From NCBI GenBank assembly GCA_030619735.1, contig JAUXAV010000001.1, positions 1-42,178 of the forward strand: a DNA stretch of 42,178 nt, given 5' to 3'. The stretch's first letter is position 1, and each line of letters opens with the position of its first letter. The position numbers and the translations under genes were made by a program. The notes below the pieces were generated by a model that was not told where the DNA came from, made no database searches, and saw only the letters and a program-made list of their open reading frames with translations. Of this stretch, positions 38,541-42,178 are shown piece after piece. Source of the DNA: Candidatus Aenigmatarchaeota archaeon. Its GTDB lineage: Archaea > Aenigmatarchaeota > Aenigmatarchaeia > QMZP01 > JAUXAV01.

Positions 38541-39278
38541 ATGATTGGTATGAAAAAGGGAAGGTATAGCATATCGGCGTTTTTCCCTATATACAATGAT
38601 GAGTGCACTGTAAAGAAAATGGTAATGGATGCGCTGTCTGTTTTGAGAACCATTACAGATGACTATGAGATTATACTGGTGGATGACTGCAGCATTGACA
38701 AATCAGGCAGGATAGCTGACAGCCTGGCGAAAAAATACAGGCAGGTCAGGGTTATGCATCACAGGAAGAACAGGGGCTATGGTGGTGCGCTCAAAACAGG
38801 CATTACCAGTGCAAGGAAGGACCTGATATTCTACACAGACGGTGACGCCCAGTATGATGCCAGGGAGCTGGCAAAGCTCTACCCGCTTATAGGGAATGCG
38901 GATGTTGTGAATGGCTACAAGATAAAGCGCCATGATGTCCTCTACAGGATAGTCCTGGGGCGGCTCTATAATGCATTCGTGAAGGTCATGTTCCATATGA
39001 AGATAAGGGATATAGACTGTGATTTCAGGCTTTTCAGGCGGAGAGTTTTTAAGGATATAACACTGGAGTCGAATAGTGGCGTAATCTGCGTGGAGATGAT
39101 GAAGAAGATTCAGCTGACCGGTGCCAGGATAGCAGAGGTCCCGGTTCATCACTACGAAAGGGTTGGAGGGGTCTCACAGTTCTTCAAGGTAATGAAGATA
39201 TCTAGTGTGTTTCTGGGGCTGGCCAAGCAGTGGTGGAAGCTCATGGTTGTTAGGAAGTTGCAGGAGTTGGCGGGATGA
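38541..39278 (+). CDS. Glycosyltransferase family 2 (DPM1-like)
   Basis: FFPIYNDE, VDDCSID, NRGYGGAL, TDGDAQYD, DIDCDFRL. Confidence 0.92.
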   Translation: MIGMKKGRYSISAFFPIYNDECTVKKMVMDALSVLRTITDDYEIILVDDCSIDKSGRIADSLAKKYRQVRVMHHRKNRGYGGALKTGITSARKDLIFYTDGDAQYDARELAKLYPLIGNADVVNGYKIKRHDVLYRIVLGRLYNAFVKVMFHMKIRDIDCDFRLFRRRVFKDITLESNSGVICVEMMKKIQLTGARIAEVPVHHYERVGGVSQFFKVMKISSVFLGLAKQWWKLMVVRKLQELAG

Positions 39279-40267
39279 AAGGGCTTGATAGTTTCAATGG
39301 GAAGAATGTGATGATTACAGGAGGGCTGGGATTTATAGGAAGCAACCTTGCGCATGAGCTGGTCAGGCTAAATTCCAATGTGCTGATTGTTGATTGCCTA
39401 CTGCCGGAATGCGGGGGTAACAGATACAATATCAGGGGGATTGAGGACAGGGTCCGGGTGGAGAATGCTGATATCAGGGACGGGCCCAAGATAGGCAGGC
39501 TTGTTAAAGGCCAGGAATATATATTCCATCTTGCTGCCCATCTGAGCCATATAAACAGCGTGAAAAATCCGATTCTGGATTTTGATATAAACTGCAGGGG
39601 AAGCCTGGAACTGCTGGAAGCCTGCAGAAAATACAATCCGGATACAAAGGTGGTATATACAGGGACAAGGGGACAGTACGGGAAAATAGAATATACTCCT
39701 GTGGATGAGAAGCATCCCATACAGCCCACTGATATGAATGGTGTCAATAAGCATGCTGCAGAGCAGCATCATCTCCTATACCACAGGCTTTACGGGCTCA
39801 GGACAGCCTCGCTGAGGTTGACCAATGTGTACGGCCCAAGGCACCAGATGAGGCACAGTGAGCAGGGGTTTGCCGGCTGGTTTATCCGGCTGGCAATGGA
39901 TAATAAGAAGATAAAGGTGTTCGGGGACGGGAAGCAGCTCAGGGACCTGAATTATGTTGATGATGTGGTGTCAGCGCTGCTGGCCCTGGCCCTGGAAAGG
40001 AAATCATATGGGGAGGCCTTCAATATAGGGGGGATAAAGCCGGTCAGCATACTGGAGTTTGTCAAAAGCCTGATAGAGGTAAGCGGCTCTGGAAGCTATG
40101 AACTGATTCCCTTCCCGGAGGAGGAGGGCAGGATTGAGATAGGGAGCTATGTGGCGGATTTCACAAAGCTAAGGAAAGTGACTGGCTGGGAGCCGAAAAC
40201 CCCCCTGAAGGCAGGGCTTGAGAAAACTGTCCGATTCTACAGGAAGTGTAAAGGGCACTATTGGTAG
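39275..40267 (+). CDS. NAD-dependent epimerase/dehydratase family SDR (atypical active site)
   Basis: GGLGFIGS, LRLTNVYGP, RDLNYVDD; NGVNK in place of YxxxK. Confidence 0.88.
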   Translation: MKGLDSFNGKNVMITGGLGFIGSNLAHELVRLNSNVLIVDCLLPECGGNRYNIRGIEDRVRVENADIRDGPKIGRLVKGQEYIFHLAAHLSHINSVKNPILDFDINCRGSLELLEACRKYNPDTKVVYTGTRGQYGKIEYTPVDEKHPIQPTDMNGVNKHAAEQHHLLYHRLYGLRTASLRLTNVYGPRHQMRHSEQGFAGWFIRLAMDNKKIKVFGDGKQLRDLNYVDDVVSALLALALERKSYGEAFNIGGIKPVSILEFVKSLIEVSGSGSYELIPFPEEEGRIEIGSYVADFTKLRKVTGWEPKTPLKAGLEKTVRFYRKCKGHYW

Positions 40268-40280
40268 TCCAGGTGGTATT

Positions 40281-40337
40281 GTGAAGCATGAGATAAGGAA
40301 GCGGATTCTCAGACTCAGGGAAAAAGCATATTTATAA
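40281..40337 (+). pseudogene. Possible N-terminal stub of 5-formyltetrahydrofolate cyclo-ligase
   Basis: AGGTGG RBS, then GTG-started MKHEIRKRILRLREKAYL*, resembling the family's K..IRK.I...R start. Confidence 0.4.
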
Positions 40338-40339
40338 AA

Positions 40340-40625
40340 CTATGGCTGGTCCGGATTCTGCGACAGGAGAAATCTTCTTATCAGGAGGTAGGCAAGGATG
40401 GTGCCGATTATGTATGCTATTATCATGGAGATTATTGTGCCGTAGAGGCCATGGAACTGTATCAGAAACCAGGCAGTTACTGTATTGATTGAAACCGTTA
40501 TAATCTCGGACAGGGAGCTTATTTTCACCCCTGATATGCCAAAGGATGCTGCAAACCACATGTATATGTTATGCACCATTGCTATCAGGCCTGCCAGTAC
40601 AAACAGCATAAGCATGGGAGAAAAT
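40340..40625 (-). pseudogene. C-terminal remnant of a flippase paralogue
   Basis: PMLMLFVLAGLI..VH..Y.WFAASFGISGVKISSLS closely parallels the C-terminus of 40688-42004. Confidence 0.85.
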
Positions 40626-40687
40626 CAGATCATGGCGTCATTTTTTCTATCTATTCACAAGGTTTATTGATAGTATGAAGTAGTTAT

Positions 40688-42004
40688 TTATTCTATAAAC
40701 CCTTCCTCCTCTGGAGAAAACACAGACCTTATCCTAAAGTAGATATAGAGTGTGCCGATTGTATAGGATATTATCATGGATAGTATGGCCCCGTAAAGAC
40801 CGTATGATGGTATTAGCAACAGGGCTGTTATTATGTTTGCTATACATATTATTCCCACTGATAGGGAGCTTATCTTTACGCCTCTTATCCCAAAGGATGC
40901 AGCAAACCATATATAGAGCAAGTGCACTGATGTTATAAGGCCAGCAAATACAAAGAGAAGGAGCATGGGGATTATGAAGGTATAATCACTGCCATAGAGG
41001 AAGAGTACAATAGAGGACATGACAAAAAGCAATATATAGAATATTGGGGAGAATTTTAGGAGCTTGTTCATTTGGGAGAAGATTATGGCCTTCTTTCTGT
41101 ACATGGAGGATATGGGGAAAAAGACCATTACGAATCCGGTCACAAAGAACGATGCTACTGTGAGTGTGGAATAGTAGTAGGCCTGGTACATACCCACATC
41201 ACCTATTGAAAGGAAGATGTTAAGGAATATCTTGTTTAATGCACCTATGGTGGAGAGTGATATGGTTCCCAGGATGGCTATAAGGCTATATTTCATCAGG
41301 ATCTTTGACCATTTTCTGCTCAGCACCGGCCTGAGGTATTTCCTGATGTCCGGCCATGTAGGAGCTGCTGCAAGCAGATAGCCTATTATTACGGATATTA
41401 TGGGTATTATTGCTGTTCTTGTGTAGAGGTAAAGGATAATGCTTATAATCAGCACGGAAAGGCTCCATACAACATTCAGCGCTCCGAGCTTTTTCATCTT
41501 GTTCATGCCCTGGCATACCTTCTGGGCAAGGGTCCATATGTTCATGCCAACAGCCATTACTATGGCTGCAAACATATAGGGAAGGTTTATAGAAAAGGCT
41601 GTGGCAAGGGGCACGGAGAGGAGATAAAACAATAGTGCGAATATGATGGTTGATACAGCCATCAGTATAACGCTTGTGGATAGTATCTTTGCTTTGTCCC
41701 TTTCACTCCTTGTAGATGTAAAGTATTTCACCATGGCCGTGCCTATGGAGAGATACATAAATGTCCATAGTATATTTGATATGGAACAGACAAGGGCAAA
41801 CCTCCCGTACTCTATCCTGCCAAGTAGCCTGCCGCTCATTATCTGAAAGAGGAGGGAAAAGACCTTTGAGAGCATAAGGCCAGAGAAGACAAAGCCCAGG
41901 CCCTTTATGAAATTCCTGGTGACTGGCCCAGGCTTTTTTCTGAATATCAGGGCATAGAAAAAGAAAACAATTACCCAGAATAATTTCTTTAATTTTTCCA
42001 ACAT
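40688..42004 (-). CDS. Oligosaccharide flippase (Wzx/MOP family)
   Basis: About 12 TM segments, RLLG..EYG, VGMYQA, LIPSYGLYGA. Confidence 0.88.
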   Translation of the reverse strand: MLEKLKKLFWVIVFFFYALIFRKKPGPVTRNFIKGLGFVFSGLMLSKVFSLLFQIMSGRLLGRIEYGRFALVCSISNILWTFMYLSIGTAMVKYFTSTRSERDKAKILSTSVILMAVSTIIFALLFYLLSVPLATAFSINLPYMFAAIVMAVGMNIWTLAQKVCQGMNKMKKLGALNVVWSLSVLIISIILYLYTRTAIIPIISVIIGYLLAAAPTWPDIRKYLRPVLSRKWSKILMKYSLIAILGTISLSTIGALNKIFLNIFLSIGDVGMYQAYYYSTLTVASFFVTGFVMVFFPISSMYRKKAIIFSQMNKLLKFSPIFYILLFVMSSIVLFLYGSDYTFIIPMLLLFVFAGLITSVHLLYIWFAASFGIRGVKISSLSVGIICIANIITALLLIPSYGLYGAILSMIISYTIGTLYIYFRIRSVFSPEEEGFIE

Positions 42005-42177
42005 CAGATCACTTTATATATTATAAAGACATCCTGACCCTTAAATTGAACCTTTTTGTAGACAGGAAGATTGGAGTTTACCCATTGGTATAATTCGCTG
42101 TTAAATTTATATCCAGGCCACCAGGTCAGTATCCATTTTGGATCGCCTGTCTCAAGGAATGATATGTCTATGGGTCC
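42004..42177 (-). CDS. 3' end of another GT-C paralogue (runs off right edge)
   Basis: GPIDISFL...PGYKFNSELY...VFIIYKVI* parallels GPFEIPFV...PDYTFRSEPY...IFIIYEVSQ of 17731-19299; stop overlaps flippase start (TGATG). Confidence 0.75.
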   Translation of the reverse strand, partial: GPIDISFLETGDPKWILTWWPGYKFNSELYQWVNSNLPVYKKVQFKGQDVFIIYKVI

Positions 42178-42178
42178 C

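Noticed and set aside
1028..41846. Numerous antisense or alternative-frame ORFs of 60-260 aa in the ORF track
   Set aside because: They are shadows of well-supported genes with no recognisable motifs

Overview
Archaeal DNA: uL16/L10e, GGTGA-type RBSs, TATA boxes and strong AGR-Arg/ATA-Ile usage. A DPANN affinity such as Aenigmarchaeota is an inference. A short housekeeping block (rpl10e 5' end, dcd, a sugar-phosphate nucleotidyltransferase, mdh, nadC, nadE) is followed by a ~38 kb surface-glycan/glycolipid locus running off the right edge. The locus holds GT4, GT2 and GT-C glycosyltransferases, NDP-sugar enzymes, two DegT aminotransferases, asnB, cobalamin-dependent and SPASM radical SAM enzymes, methyltransferases and flippase-type proteins. 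It is heavily mosaic: collapsed or truncated genes, imported blocks carrying scraps of housekeeping genes (a decayed rpoD 3' end), and an rfbA whose codon usage switches mid-gene. The most unusual signal is a ~90-98 nt structured element in three copies (9663-9756, 28628-28725, 30563-30651). It has an invariant 17-bp core, imperfect terminal inverted repeats and variable hairpin arms, and always lies in the sense orientation of its host gene. Two copies overlap the RBS/start codon and one sits in frame inside a GNAT gene. All calls were made by eye; no database search was run.
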